Assembly: GCF_963506605.1 (NCBI RefSeq)
Contig: NC_083289.1
Coordinates: 44,888,001-44,952,000, forward strand
Length of the DNA stretch: 64,000 nucleotides
Reading direction: 5' to 3'
Source of the DNA: Zootoca vivipara
Taxonomy: Eukaryota
Part shown: piece by piece, positions 48,863 to 62,539 of the stretch
How the letters are laid out: every line of letters starts with the position of its first letter
Position numbering within the stretch: the stretch's first letter is position 1
Notes under the pieces: model-generated
What the model was told of the DNA's origin: nothing
Seen by the model: only the letters and a program-made list of their open reading frames with translations
The model's database searches: none
Translations under genes and position numbers: made by a program

Positions 48863-51800
48863 ATGGCTTTGCAGCTGATACGCCATTGCTTCCCTGCAGG
48901 ACTTTTCACTGTGAGAGGTTCTTTCTATCCTTGGCTGTGTTCTACTTCCAGATTGAGGTCCTTTTCAAAGAAACATTTGGCAAGGCCTAGAAACACGCAT
49001 CATCTCAGGTTTCTGGCCTTGAGACCTTTTAGTTCATCCCCAGTGGTCTACAAGTTACACAGGAGAGATCCGAAAGAGACACACTCTGCCACCACCTCTG
49101 AAGCAGCCAGCAATGAGGAAGAGAAATTTGATGATGACGAAGGCTTTGGGTTGTTGTCTCAAAAATTTTCTTCTAGACAATTTTTTCACAAAGCTTCTGA
49201 AGAATTTCGCAATTTGCAACTCAAAAGCCAGGTGGAGGAAGTGGAAGATGAAGAATTGGAACCAAAACCCAGACAAGGTCCCAGGAACACTCCGTATTGG
49301 TATTTCTTGAAGTGCAAGGCATTGATAAAGGAAGACAAGGTCATTATCTCAGCTGTCTTCATTGCAAGAGTATTGAATAGACGCATAGCTAATGAAAGGC
49401 CATTGCCCAGTGCTAGAATAGAGCACCTTCCAGGGACTCTGGGATGCCACTGCTAGTCAGTGTAGTAGACAATATTAGGCTGGATCAGAGTTAAGGAGCC
49501 TTCAGTCCACAGGCCTAATATTGGCCAAGCCCATACCCAACACCATATCATTGACATCGGCAAAACCCTGTGCACAGCGCTTTGCAAACCCCAACGACCA
49601 GCTGATCAAAGGGGCTTGCGAAGCAAGGTGTCAAACCATGCTGACAAAAATGGGTCATCCAATGCCACTGTGATGCCCACCTGTCACATGTGGTCCGTAG
49701 AGGTGGGGTCGGTAGACAAGGCTTATGCCTGCACCTCCTGAGCTAGATGAGCAGTGTGATCTTGTGCAGCCCATGTTTAATCCAAAGATACACATTAAAA
49801 TGCCACTGGGGCCTGACATCTGTTCCCATGGAAGGGTTGCCCATAAGGGAATGTGGCCTTTGGGCTGAGAAAGATTGCCCAAGCCCTGCAGTAGCAACAG
49901 TTCCTGCTGCGTCCTCACAGTTGTCCTCTCTTAACTGTAGCTGGCGGAAGCTTTGAACCTGTTTGACGTACAGATGCTGAAGGAGGAACGTGTTCGGCCA
50001 GAAGAGAGCAACTACACTGTCCTGATCGGTGGTTGTGGCAGAGCTGGCTATGTGAAGAAGGCATTCAGGCTCTATAACGATGTAAGTACTATAATTTTCG
50101 TTCAGATAAGGGAGAGAGCTACTGTCAGAAAACCAAGCCAGGGATAGTTTTTGTATGAAACCACCCAGTGTGGCTGGTGCTGATGGACGTAGGCATCCAA
50201 TGCCATCTGGAGTTCCCCAGGTTCCCCATCTCTGAACTAGGGAACTCTTGTTGCCAGAGAAGAATTGAAAGACAAATATTCCTGCAAAGTGCTATTGAGA
50301 AGGTTTCGGAGCATCTTTCATTCACGTGGAGAAAGGTGCGTTCATCTCCCCTGCTGCTTTTGAGCTGCGTCGTGTCATCCCTTCACCACGCACCCTGTGG
50401 CCTTCTGGATGTTGTTGGACTCCAACTCCCATCAGTCCCAGCCAGCATGGCAAGGAATTATGGGAGCTGGAGTCCAGCAACAGTTGGAGAGCCACAGTTT
50501 CCCCAGCCCTGTTCCAGTGAGCTAAGTCAAAAGCAGATCTCGCCTTCCATTTGTTCATTCAACAGGCATCTCATTAGCCAGCATCCTGGTGTGTTTTTGT
50601 GTGCCAAGTTTCTAAACTGACAAGAAAACTCAAATTCATGCCCTATGATGCATCAAATTTAAAAAAATTCAGCAAGTTTGCCTAGGATTTCACTCTGATT
50701 CTTTGCAGTAGGAATCACATAGCCATGTGGAATTTTCCATTTATTTTAATTCTATAGCACGATGAACAGCATATGGTAGAGGAAACACAAGGGCTGTGAA
50801 GGTATTGGCAGTGACTCTTGCAATTAGTTAATATGAGGGGTGGGTCGACATATCTTGTAGGGTTTATTATTTTATTTTCTTAATTTAAATCCTCATAATC
50901 GAATCTCCATTACATCCTCCCATCTTAATAGTGACTCTGGCATCAAGTGCTTGGAAGTCTGGCTCTCAGCGCTTTCTGCTGGAAGTCTGTGACACCTGCA
51001 ATATTTTCTTTGAAAGTTTTCCATTCAATATATAAGTCCTCTCTGTCTAATTGGGATTTTCATAATTGACTCCTGTGCATTACAACACGTTCACAAAGTA
51101 TCTGTTCTATTCCTGATACCACATCATTGTTTTAGTATTTTTATGATGCGTATCTATTGCTGTTTTATTGGGAGGCAGATGAAGAAGCGAGCCTTGACTC
51201 CGACTGACGCCACGTACACAGCCCTGTTTAACGTCTGTGCAGAGTCACCCTGGAAGGACTCGGGCCTGCAACATGCGCTTCAGCTACGGCAGGAACTACT
51301 GAACAAAAGCATTGAGCTCAACCTAGTCACGTACCATTCTCTGTTGAAAGTTTGTGCCCACTGTGCAGATCTCCGGATGTGCTTTGACATATTGAAGGTA
51401 AAGAAGCTTCTGGTATAAAATTTGGGTTGTTTTAATCCGTGTGTGTGGTTTTCTATGCAAGTTCTTTTTGGAACTGTGTAGCTGAAAGTGGCATATATTA
51501 TCCTCAAGGAAATAAGTTGCCCGAGCTTGTAGTAAAGGCCCATACAACACTTTCAAACAAACAACATGGGGTGGGGAGACTGCAAAATGTAAACAGTGCA
51601 CAGGATTGTGAAATGTTGCAGGGTGTGGGAATGAAAGTGTTGGCTTAAGAAAAAGTTGTTACTTCTGTTTCCTGGTTTTCAGAATGCTTTCCAAATACTG
51701 TACTTAAAATGATTTGCAAAGAATCATAGAATTGTAGAGCTGGAAGGGACCAAAGGGCCATCTAGTTCAATCTCTTGCAATGCGGGAATCACAGCTAAAT

Positions 51801-54800
51801 AATCCCTGGCAGGTGACCATCTAACCTCTGCTTTAAAACCTCCAATGAAAGGAGTGCAGTCCATTCTACCATCAAACAGCCGAAATATGCTGAGTCAGAA
51901 TCTCTTTTTTTGGTGATTTGAATCCATTAGTTCGGGTCTTACTCTCTGGAGCAGCGGAAGAAGCTCCACCATCCATGCGACAGCCCTTGAGATATTTGAA
52001 CATAGCTATTATATTTCCTCTGTCTCCTCATTACCAGACTAAACATACCCAAGTCCCTCAACCGTTCATCATGGGGCTTGCTTTCCAGGTTCTTGACAAT
52101 ATTGGTTACCCTCCTCTGCACATGTCAATATTCTTCTTAAACTGTGGTGCCCAGAACTTGACACAGAACCTGCGGCCTATGGGGGTCGTTTAACTAGCCT
52201 ATGGACCCTCGCCGCCTGCTCGGTCGGCTCCCGTGTGCCGCACTAAACCCGCACAGAGCAGAGCAGGGACTGCATTCCACAATGCTGGCCGGCTTCCCAT
52301 TGGCTGCAGGAAGCTCCTGCAGCCAATGGGAAGCTGCGCACGCCTCCTCTGCGCTGGAAGGAGCGCCAGAAATAGTGTTTGCGCATGCATGCACGTGCAC
52401 ACTCTGGCCCACCGTGGCATCTGCGGGACTGTGAACCTGACCAAGGCACAAAAACTTTGCCAGCCCCTGTCCTAGATCCTTTTCACATGTAGTACTGGCA
52501 AGCCAGGTATCTCCCGTCTTATATATGGTTATTTGTGTCTAAGTGCAGAACCTTACATGTAATCCATTTTGTTTTCTCCAATCTATTACAATCAGGATTC
52601 AATGTGACTTTATCGTCTGAGGTATTAGCTACCTCTCCCGGTTTGGTGTCCTCTGCAAACCTTCATTTTAACCAGGATACACTATCTGAACATTAGTTAT
52701 TGTAGAGAAATTTCTGATTTCTCATAGAATTACACCCCCACTCCTCACAAATTGGTAAACCTGCAGAGATTCTGTTGCTTTTAGTGGGTTCCTTTTTTGT
52801 AAACGGGTCCATCTCCTCCTGCTGATTTTTGGTGTGGTTTGGAACAGAGAGGCATGTAAATCCAACTAAAGACTCCTGTTTGCCAACAAGTTACGTAGTT
52901 AGAATGTGGAATAATGAAAGTATTTTTTCTAATCTTACAGAGAATTAGACAGTGCGTGACATTTAGTTTCTTACAGTACAAGGTTGAAATTAGCTGTCCC
53001 AGCTGACCTCAGCAATAGTATTTGTGAACACAGTATTGATGGACATTTGTACCTTGGTTAATTTAATTTGAAAGTGTCACTTTTGGCCTTCTTAGTCTTT
53101 CCTGGATCTTTTTATTATTATTATCTAAGAGAGAGAGAGAGAAGTTTTCCATTTGAGCTACAAAAGAGCAAATGTTTCATTAAAGATTTCCATTGTGGAA
53201 TAAGTGTGAAATTACTGTATTCATCCCTTTTTTCCAATTAAGGAAATCGTCCACAAAGGCCATACGGTCACCACAGAGACTTTCAACTTTCTGCTTATGG
53301 GGTGCATAAAAGACAAAGAGAATGGGTTTCGCTATGCCTTGCAGGTCTGTATTTTCCTTTCCTCTTTACAACAGAGCAAACCAACAAAGAGCTTCAAGCT
53401 TGCATTCACTCTGGCTGGTTTTCTTAAGCGATTGCTTCCTCTGGTTGTGATCCTTAAATTTCCATGTATCTTATAGAACTAGGGAGCTATATACATCTTA
53501 GATTAATTTTATTGCTAAATTTTATCCCACCCTTCTTCCCAAAGGAACCCACGGCAAAATGTTAAAACCATACAATTTAAAACCAAATAAAAACCATATT
53601 TAAAACAATTAAACACCATCTCAATTTTTTAAAAAAGCATCATGCTAATGATTGTGAGGTTGTGCTGTCAGTTCTGAGTTGCTTTTTAAAAAGACGAGAG
53701 GGTGCGTTACCCTTTAGTTAATCACCATTATGCCATTTGCAGTTACTTAACATGCTTATGTTGAAACATTTGCCTTCAGAACACAAGATGTATCGTGGAG
53801 GAGGTGGGCAGGACAAAGGATCCAGCCAGCAGACCTGATTCTGAGCTACCCTCCCCCCCCCCCGCAGGCTACTTTGTTTATTGCTCATAGTTTGTTTGGA
53901 GCTAAACAAACCACAGGCCCCATTTCAGACATAACCCAATGCCAGGAATCACGGTCCATCTCTCCTGCATGCTGTGAGGGAGGAGCAACATAGATGAGTT
54001 TGGTGCTTTTACAGTATACACTGTTTTACTGTGATGTGCAAACTGAGCTACTACCCCGTTTCTCCGAAAATAAGACGTAGCCATAAAATAAGCCAGAGCA
54101 GGATTTTTAAGCATTCAAGGAATATAAGCCATACCCCCAAAATAAGCCATAGTGATAGGCAGTTTAACCTTGTAGGTTAAACTGTGCCATACTTAATTAA
54201 AAAAATAAGACATCCCCTGAAAATAAGTCATAGTGGGGGTTTTTGAGGAAAAATAAATATAAGACGGTGTCTTATTTTTGGAGAAACACGATAAGTGGCT
54301 TTGGGGACAACTGCTGTCTTCCAGGCTCCAATCCCAAGAAGCAAATTCCTCTGAATACTGAGACTTACTGCTGAGTGAGCACATTTAGGATCAACCTGTC
54401 TGTTTCCCATTAGTGTTAAAACTGTAATTATATAGATTGGGGTACAGTTCTCTTTTCTCTGCCCTGACCTTTCTTTCCAACAGGTTTGGCAGCAGATGCT
54501 TAAGCTGAACTTAAAACCCGACAGTTACAGCTACAACCTGATGCTCGGTGCTGCCAGAGACTGCGGCCTTGGTGACCCCCTTGTAGCTTCCAATTTGTTG
54601 CTAAGAACTTCCAAGGAAAGCCCAGCTATCCTGAGGCTGGAGGCTGGTAAGCAACACCGGAAGGCGAAGGGTCGGCGAGGAAAGGAAGTAGATGCTGGAG
54701 CTGCAATGCAGTTGGATGTGGAGATGTTGGAAAAATGGGTGTTCCCAGAGGAGGACAGAAAACCTGAGCAGCAAGTCTATAGCCAAAAAAGCAAACTCAA

Positions 54801-57404
54801 AAATGACCATTGTGCAAAGGCAGAGACTGGCGATATCTCCACTTTGCCAGATTCTGTTACACGCAGGAATCTGGGGATCTCTGATAAAAAACAGATGGCT
54901 CCAGATGTTACAGAAGCAAACACTATGTGTTTTTCCAAAGCCTCCTTCAACTTCCCCAACTTGTTGGACTCGCAGCCGCCCAGCGAAAATGTGATCTCCT
55001 TAGGGACGGTGGCAACCGCCTCCGATAGACTGGCACTCATTGGGGACATGGAGGGTTTCTTAAAGAGAATGAAGGATGACGATGCAGCATCCAGTATCAA
55101 AACTTTCACACTGCTAGCTGAGCTGGTGCAGCCCAACAGCCAGTCAGAGTCTTCCTTGTTGACTGTGATGGAGGAGCACAACGTGAAACCAGATATAACT
55201 TTTTTTAATACCTTGGTGAGGAAGAAGAGCAAAGGAGGAGATCTGGAAGGAGCAAAGGTAAGATCGCGGGCATATGTGTGGGTCAAGGGTGGGCGGCTTT
55301 CAGGCTTGCAGGAACTACTGTGGTTTCTTTTTTTTACCAGAACCTGATACATTTCCTGCCCACCCACTAGTGTAGGCCATAACCTTTTGGAGAACAGCAT
55401 TGACTAAGAAGTACAGCTACATTGCATGCAAAAAGTCCCAGGATCAAAAGTCCCTAGCATTTCCAGGTAGGACTGGGACAGAACCTTGTCTGAAATCCGG
55501 TCAGTGTAGTAGCCAGTATTGAGCTTAATTGGCCAATGGTCTGACTGAATGTAAGGCAGCTTCCAATGTTCAATTAGCTTCATTCGTACACATTGCACCT
55601 CCTCTCAGCATGAACTTGAACAGGTAATCTGGACAGCTGTAGTCACATGCCTTTGTATATTACAGAGCCTGCTGCCCCTAGTGCTGAAGGAGGGACTTTC
55701 TCCCAATCTACAGACGTTTTGCAACTTGGCAATAGCCTGCCGCAAAAAAGAGGATGGACTGCAGTTACTCTCAGACATGAAGGTACAGAAAACTCAAGCT
55801 TTTGGAGCTGTTCTGCATGCGGCAGACCTGGTGGTTTTGATGGCTACATGTTAATGAGGAGTTCTGTTAACATAAAGGGGATCTTGTCTTTCAGCCTTCC
55901 CACTAGCTCTTGTAGGTGGCCATTGCAATCAGTTGTGCAGTGTGCAAATCCCCGTCTCCCCAGCTTTGGGGGCAGTAATCTTGGTATACTGTGCGACTCC
56001 TAAATGTGTGTGTAAGGACTTCAGAATTACCTTTGTCTGACAGTTTGGTGCTGTTTTTCAGCGTTCTGGAATAAATCCCAATGTACAGATCTATGGTGCA
56101 CTTGTAACTGCAGCTGTGAAGAGACTGGACTATGCCTACCTCACAGAGATCCTCGCAGATATGAGTAGAAACCGTGTTCCTCCAAATGAAGTTGTCCTAC
56201 GCCAGCTGGAGTTTGCAGCCCAGTATCCTCCTAACTTTGATAGGGTGAGGTAAACCTTTGTTTTCTGCTGAAGCTGATTTATACTCAAAAGAGAATATTA
56301 AGACCAGATATTATATGCACTGTCCTTTGAACACCCTTGCAATTCTGTACATTCTTGCACATTTACCCAGATTGTACCCAGTTAAGTGTGCATCAGCCTT
56401 CCCCCAACATATTCCTTTCCATATATTTGCATTCAAACTCTCAGCCCCAGCCAGCATAATTTAGTAGTCTGGGATAATGGTTGGGCACCAGGTTGAGGAA
56501 GAAAAATGTATAGGATGCAAAGTGAGTGCAAGTATACAGTATCTAAAGAAAGGCCATTATACCAGCATCTACTTAATTGGATAAAGGTCTTCTCCACACC
56601 AATGGTATTAATTTCAGTTGACAGCTGAAAATGTACTGTTTAACCAGACCGTGGGACAAGGTGAGAGGTTGGATGAGCTTATTTATTGCATGTTTTAATT
56701 CATCACCGATACTGTGTGTTTTCTGCAGAAATGTTTATACACCATTGGGTTGTATTCAGTGATATTCCTATACAGGGTGGGCCCATTGAAGTCTATGGAC
56801 ATGACTTGTTCACTAATTTTAATGGGTATGGGCAACATTAGCTACAGCCCTCTAATTTGTTTAATGTTATGGATTTCTGCCCTAGGGCTATTTGATAAAA
56901 TGTGAGAAATCCAAGAGTTTCCCGTTTATCTTACCTGTGCTCTCTGAGAGACCACCAAACGCAACTGGTAGCAGCCAGACCTGGTAACACTTCTAGATCC
57001 CATTGATTCCAGCAGAAGAGAGTTTAAGCACTTGCTTGTGGTCTTCCCTCTACAGAAACATTTTAATACCAGCATTCCTCCACCCCTTCCAAATAGAAGC
57101 AGCAAAAGTTTATGTAAGCTCCTGACAAATCTAAGAAGCAGTTTCTCACTTCTTAAGAGTAGAACTAATCTTCTCTTGCTGTTACAGTGTGTTAATTCTC
57201 CTCCTTTTCCTCTTGCAGTACAAAACAAAGGACTATTACCTGGAGAGAATTAATGGCTTTCGATCCTACTACTTCCGCTGGCTGAAGTGGATGGAGGCAG
57301 AAGAAACACCACACCCTTGGGCAAAATACAGAACTCCTAAGCAGCCAGAAAACAAACATAATCCAGAAGATGCACAAAACTACAGCAGCCAGAGGAGGAG
57401 GTAG
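48863..57404 (+). CDS. PTCD1: Pentatricopeptide repeat domain 1, mitochondrial, 732 aa
   Basis: Coding exons 48863-49339, 49941-50081, 51179-51397, 53243-53344, 54484-55257, 55666-55782, 56062-56244 and 57219-57404 (2199 nt), all phase 0. [15 protein letters not shown] motifs ([31 protein letters not shown]), C-terminal [10 protein letters not shown]; Arg-rich N-terminal presequence. Confidence 0.95.
51723..52660 (-). mobile_element. CR1 LINE 3' fragment interrupted by a hAT-like MITE (~52165-52469)
   Basis: ATCATAGAATTGTAGAGCTGGAAGGGACC CR1 tail; minus-strand peptide [28 protein letters not shown]. Confidence 0.75.
54054..54291. mobile_element. pogo/Tigger-like MITE in a PTCD1 intron
   Basis: TIR CCCCGTTTCTCCGAAAATAAGAC / GTCTTATTTTTGGAGAAACACG, TA-flanked. 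Confidence 0.78.
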
Positions 57405-57749
57405 AAAAATAAAACCAATGTTAATACTCCATAGTGGTGTTGGAAAGTTCATTTTGCCTTCATTTTGCCCCAGCATTCTTGTCCAAAATAGCTTAAGAAT
57501 TTTTTTTACAAAAGAGGGAGTGAATTTATATATTTCTACTCAGACGCAAGCCCTGCTACGTTCAGTGGGATTTTCTGCCAAGGAGGTTTTTATAGCAGTT
57601 GTGGGGAACCGTTGAACTTCAACCTCCATCATCCCTGGCTAATAGTGGAATATTTGGCATGCCAAAGGTTCTCCCTTCCTGATTTATAGGGTTGCAGACA
57701 AAAATATTTAAAAAATGAAGACCTCACAAATTGAAATATGAACTGCTGT

Positions 57750-57755
57750 AATAAA
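57750..57755 (+). terminator. Candidate PTCD1 polyadenylation signal
   Basis: AATAAA preceded by TGTA and followed by U-rich sequence. Confidence 0.6.
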
Positions 57756-58474
57756 ATGTCACTCTTGATAAAGTTAATTTTTCATATTTTCTGCTCTAAA
57801 TGAGACTTAGGGCTTTTTTCTTTAGTTCCAGAAGGGTGCCCATGCCCCATATTTCATGCAAATATGGAATTTTATATTGGATGCAAGATTTAGCTTCCTT
57901 ATGTCACCTTGGTTTTCATTATAAAAACACAAGTTTCTAGGGTGTGAGATTTTAAATATAAGCCTGAAGGAATAGGCAATTCCTATAAAAGTCTTGGTGT
58001 ACAAGTAAACAGAGAGCTTGAGTTTTATTGGGAATTTTAGAATGAGAGGGATTGTTCTTCATCTAACAAGCAGCTATTTTGCAAACTTGTCCCACTTCAT
58101 TGCTAATTGACAGGCCTTCTCCTAGGGAAGTATAACATATTTAAAGCCACCCTTATTCCCTCTCCCACCCAATATAAATAAGGTGATGTAAGTAGTTATT
58201 TATATATCTTGTCCTTGTCTCCATGCATAAGAAATAAGCCCTCCATTGTTTCAGCTCTTTAGTGGATTGATGTATAATCTGAATTAACTCATGTCTCCCA
58301 ATCCAATACTACTAAGCATAATTATTAAACAACTTTATCCCCATGTTTCCAAATTATCCCTGGAAAAAGGAGGGTCCAGTTTCATTTATGTTCTTTATTA
58401 TGAAAACAAATTCGTAAAGGTAACAGTAGCAGCACAGAATGAAACAAACCATCTGCTGAGGCCATAGGCAAGAC

Positions 58475-58480
58475 TTTATT
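58475..58480 (-). terminator. Candidate BUD31 polyadenylation signal
   Basis: AATAAA on the minus strand ~200 nt after the stop; a second one lies at 58394-58399. Confidence 0.65.
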
Positions 58481-58676
58481 TTAAAATAAAGTAGTTATAC
58501 AAGACATTAACACACTTTACTGCATTTACGATTCAGGTTGTTGGAGATCCACTCACCGCCGGGTCTTACGACAAGGAAATTATGGTTCTTAAGAACAGTC
58601 ATTGACTATGAACCAGCCATTTAAGAACTCCTCAAAAGGGAAAGGTAACTTTAAAATTGGGGGCGCGCGGAGTATT

Positions 58677-61600
58677 TCATCCAGAGCAGCCTCTGCACCC
58701 GCAATGAGTGCACTCAATTATTCTTCCCTGTAGAATGAAATCAGCATTTTAGTCACAGCAAGCCTCTGAGTACACAGTAGAACAAGAAGAAAGGAAATAT
58801 TGCTGGTTAGGAAAACTTTTATGAGAATAGATACACTGTTTCCTGCTGACTTCCATACTACTGTTGCAGGGTGGAACATTTATTACAAGAACCAATTTTT
58901 TTAAAAGATAGGACTCTCTCAAAACTGTCTTATAACTTGCTTGTTTTTAAAAAGACCCTTTAAGATGTTGGAATGCTAGAAAAGCCAGGAAATGAGACTG
59001 CAAATCTTTCTGCAGTCTTTTTCTTTGATTTCCAGAAGTTTTCACATTTCATAGAGTAAGAGAGACACATTGATACGATGGGTGGTCAGCTTTGAAACAG
59101 CATTTTTGCAGTACAGTCTTTGACTCCTGCATCTGGAAGAAGGATTGATGGGGGACGGAGCGATAAGGGAAGTGAGTTTTTATTTTTTTTTCTTCATATT
59201 GTTGCCTCGTACCTTCCCGGACGCGATGTCCTGGCTTGTTTGGAGTGAAAGAGAAGCAAAAGACTGTGTGAGTTGAACTTTATAACTGTTGTTACTGAGC
59301 ATATTTTTTAAAGATGTGGAGTTGCCGATGAGAAAAGCCCCCCCCTAGTCGGACGGAAGGAGTTCTGGACGCGTTCGGAGGATTTATGAGCTGTGACGCA
59401 CTTTAAATTGGAGCAGCGACCTGAAGCTAAGTTCAGCTATAGGGCAAGGAGATCCATTAATTTACCAAGAGTTTATGGTTTGATGTTTGGGTCTCCTGCC
59501 TGGAAAAGCTGTAAATTCTATAATGATCGTAAATCTTCATGGCTATGAGAGAAAACGAAAGTGATTTGAGCTTTTTAAGATGGCGCTGCTTCGAGCTGCT
59601 TCAACGCAACAGGGAGCTCCATTAAGAAGATTTATGGGGAGGCTGGACTGATTAACTCACACAGGAGAAAGAACATCTGTGAAACTTTGTTTGATATTTA
59701 TCTCAGCAGCTGGGAAACAATCGGATGAAAGTGGAAAACATCTATGTGACTGTAAGGGGAAGATCTGGATTATTATGAACTTGGAGGACGATTTGAACTT
59801 TAGAAAAAAGACGGCAGTGGACAGTTGCGAGGAATTCCCAATTTCTTGAAGCATGGGAACCCAAATAAAAAATTCTTTAGATGATTTGGCATAACATTCG
59901 GTTTGATTGATATATATATGTGTATAATTTGAAATATTGAATGTGATATAATTGGTTTTAATTGGAAAATTAATAAAAATATTTTAAAAAAAAAAGAAAC
60001 AGCATTTTTGGTGGAACCACAAGATTATTTCTTGAATTGATTATTTCTTGAATTTATAGAAGACCTCCGGGTATAGGGCAGTTCACAGAAAAGATCAATG
60101 TAATTATTATTATTATTATTATTATTATTATTTCATTCAATAAGTCTGTATACCCATAGATCTCAGGGCGGTTCACAACGTAACAGGATGAGGCTGTTCA
60201 TCCAGTCCTACTGAGTTCACTGGCAAACTGTCCCCAATGAGAAAGTGGGTCTAAGGTTCAGAGACAAATAAGGTCTCTAGCAAGAGGAGTAACAAACCCT
60301 TGCCTTTCATGTGGTTTGGATTTCCAGAGGTCACACTATTACTTATTTGCATGAACCAGATTTTTTTGGGGGGATGCACAAAAAGGCAAAAGAAATGGGA
60401 CGCAGAAAGAACTGTTGTAATGACCCTGGGGGCTTATTTAAAACAACATTCTTACCACTTCCAGCTTGCTTTTGGGCACTCTGCAGATGCAGTTGGTTCC
60501 AAAGTTGGTATCTCTGGTCTGGATGCAGCGCAAACAGCAGAGGTTTTCGTAACCTTGCTTTTTCCACTTTGCAATTAAGTTTTTGTCTGCATATCCTTCT
60601 TTAATGCAATACTCATACAACTCTGTGCAGGAGAGAGAGAGGATGAGATAATTAGAAAGCGCAGTAGTGGCAAACAAAAAATACTAGACCTTTGGCAGAA
60701 TTTGCTCACACCTACATTCTAAAAAGGGGCGCAGGTGGCGCTGTGGTCTAAACCACTGAGCCTAGGGCTTGCCAATCAGAAGGTCAGCGGTTCGAATCCC
60801 CGCGACAGGGTGAGCTCCCATTGCTTGGTCCCAGCTCCTGCCAACCTAGCAGTTCAAAAGCACGTCAAAGTGCAAGTAGATAAACAGGTACCGCTACAGC
60901 GGGAAGGTAAACGGCGTTTCCGTGTGCTGCTCTGGTTCGCCAGAAGCGGCTTTGTCATGCTGGCCACATGACCTGGAAGCTGTACGCTGGCTCCCTCGGC
61001 CAATAACGCGAGATGAGTGCTGCAACTCCAGAGTCGGTCATGACTGGACCTAATGGTCCCTTTACCTTTTTACATTCTAAAAAGGTTAGTATTTCTTTTT
61101 CCATTTGACAGACCGGCCCAAGCACATTTCCCAGCCATACTGAATAAAGCATATGCATTTGTCCTTAAAAGATCAAAGACTGCTGTGTTACCTCTACTGA
61201 TGGCTTTTCTCTTATAGAAGAGATCAAAAATGTAACGTGTTTTCTGGTGATGAATTCTGAAGATAGGCCAGAGAGATTCTACTTTCCTCTTCCCTTCATG
61301 CGGTTCAGTTTCAGCTGCAGAAAAGTAGGAAGAAGGGCAGAAAACATGTTAATTTTGCCAGTTAATTCAAATGTTCATTACATCTCCATTATTTCATATT
61401 GCTAAATACAAGGAAAACATCGTATAATCTGATAAATAGGATGTGAGAATTCATTGGAGAATATATGCTATAGTTTTCTATTCTCATGTAGCATTTTGCT
61501 ACAACCAACAAATGTTTTCAGTCATCACATTTAACCTGCAGTATATAAAGGTGATTTGTACTCGGATCACTACTCAACACAGTAATTTTCTAAGTTCTTA

Positions 61601-62539
61601 GGCAGAACTGTTCCCATTCCAGATACCGTTTTAACTGATGCAAGGTTAACAAAGATGAATCATCTCTTTGAACGTGAGTGGTGCCTTTTAAGTCCACAGT
61701 CCAATCTAGAACAAAATTCAAGGACTGTAAAGTCTCTTTCTGCCTTTTGGTTTTTATTTTCAGTCCTAGGTGTAAAAAAAAAAAAACACAACCTGTTCCT
61801 TTCAACTGGTCTTTCTTTCCTTTTAAAAGGGAACTCCCAAAGGTAGGTACAATTCCCAGGGTTTTACAAGCATTTCTGGTAAGCACCATTTCTTTGCCAA
61901 ATTATATGTACAACACTGAGAAGACTAGGTGCTAACTAATAATTAACTGCTGGCCTGTGAGGCGTTGTAAATTCCACTTCTGAACTCTGTTCTTTCCCAT
62001 CAAAAGCCTTATCCCTTTTTTCTTCTTTTTTCTCCTGTTCAATAAAATTATTGGCTCAAGGACACTGAAAAGGCTTCTTCTGATATCCACCATTAAGCCA
62101 ATATCAGCTGTTAAGTATAGCATAATTTAAAAAACCCAAACAAACTACCTTTCCTCTTTTTAAAGCCATACAAAGAAAGAGAAATATGAAAAAAGGAAAA
62201 CAGTAAATGTGTCTTGCCTAAACTGCACTGTTCTTAGTCAAAACACCATTAATAACTGCAGTGCCAAATAAATGCATCTTATCTGGGATCTCTATTTTAA
62301 TTGGAGATGTCATGGACTGAACTTGGGATCTGTGTACAAACCATCATGGGCTTCCTATACTGAATATGCCAAAAAGGCCATATGCTCATATGCTGTTCTA
62401 TTATACAATTCATGCTCACAGCCAAATTAGTACTCTGCTACTCACCTTCTCTCATCTTTTGATCTAGCTCATCTAAGGTTGGTTCAATCAATTCCCAGCC
62501 GTCTGGAGGAGGTTTTCTACTCCTCTTCACCTTGGGCAT
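58677..62539 (-). CDS. BUD31: Spliceosome protein BUD31 (G10 homolog), 144 aa
   Basis: Coding exons 62446-62539, 61192-61314, 60456-60622 and 58677-58727 (435 nt). [42 protein letters not shown]...[49 protein letters not shown]. Confidence 0.97.
59109..59995 (+). mobile_element. Poly(A)-tailed retroposed insertion in the last BUD31 intron
   Basis: AATAAA plus A tail; 15-bp TSD GAAACAGCATTTTTG at 59094-59108 and 59996-60010; no long ORF. Confidence 0.8.
60728..61070 (+). mobile_element. Sauria/Squam1-type SINE in a BUD31 intron
   Basis: TSD TACATTCTAAAAAGG at 60713-60727 and 61071-61085. Confidence 0.92.

Noticed and set aside
54777-55400. 207-aa antisense ORF
   Set aside because: Shadow of the large PTCD1 exon.
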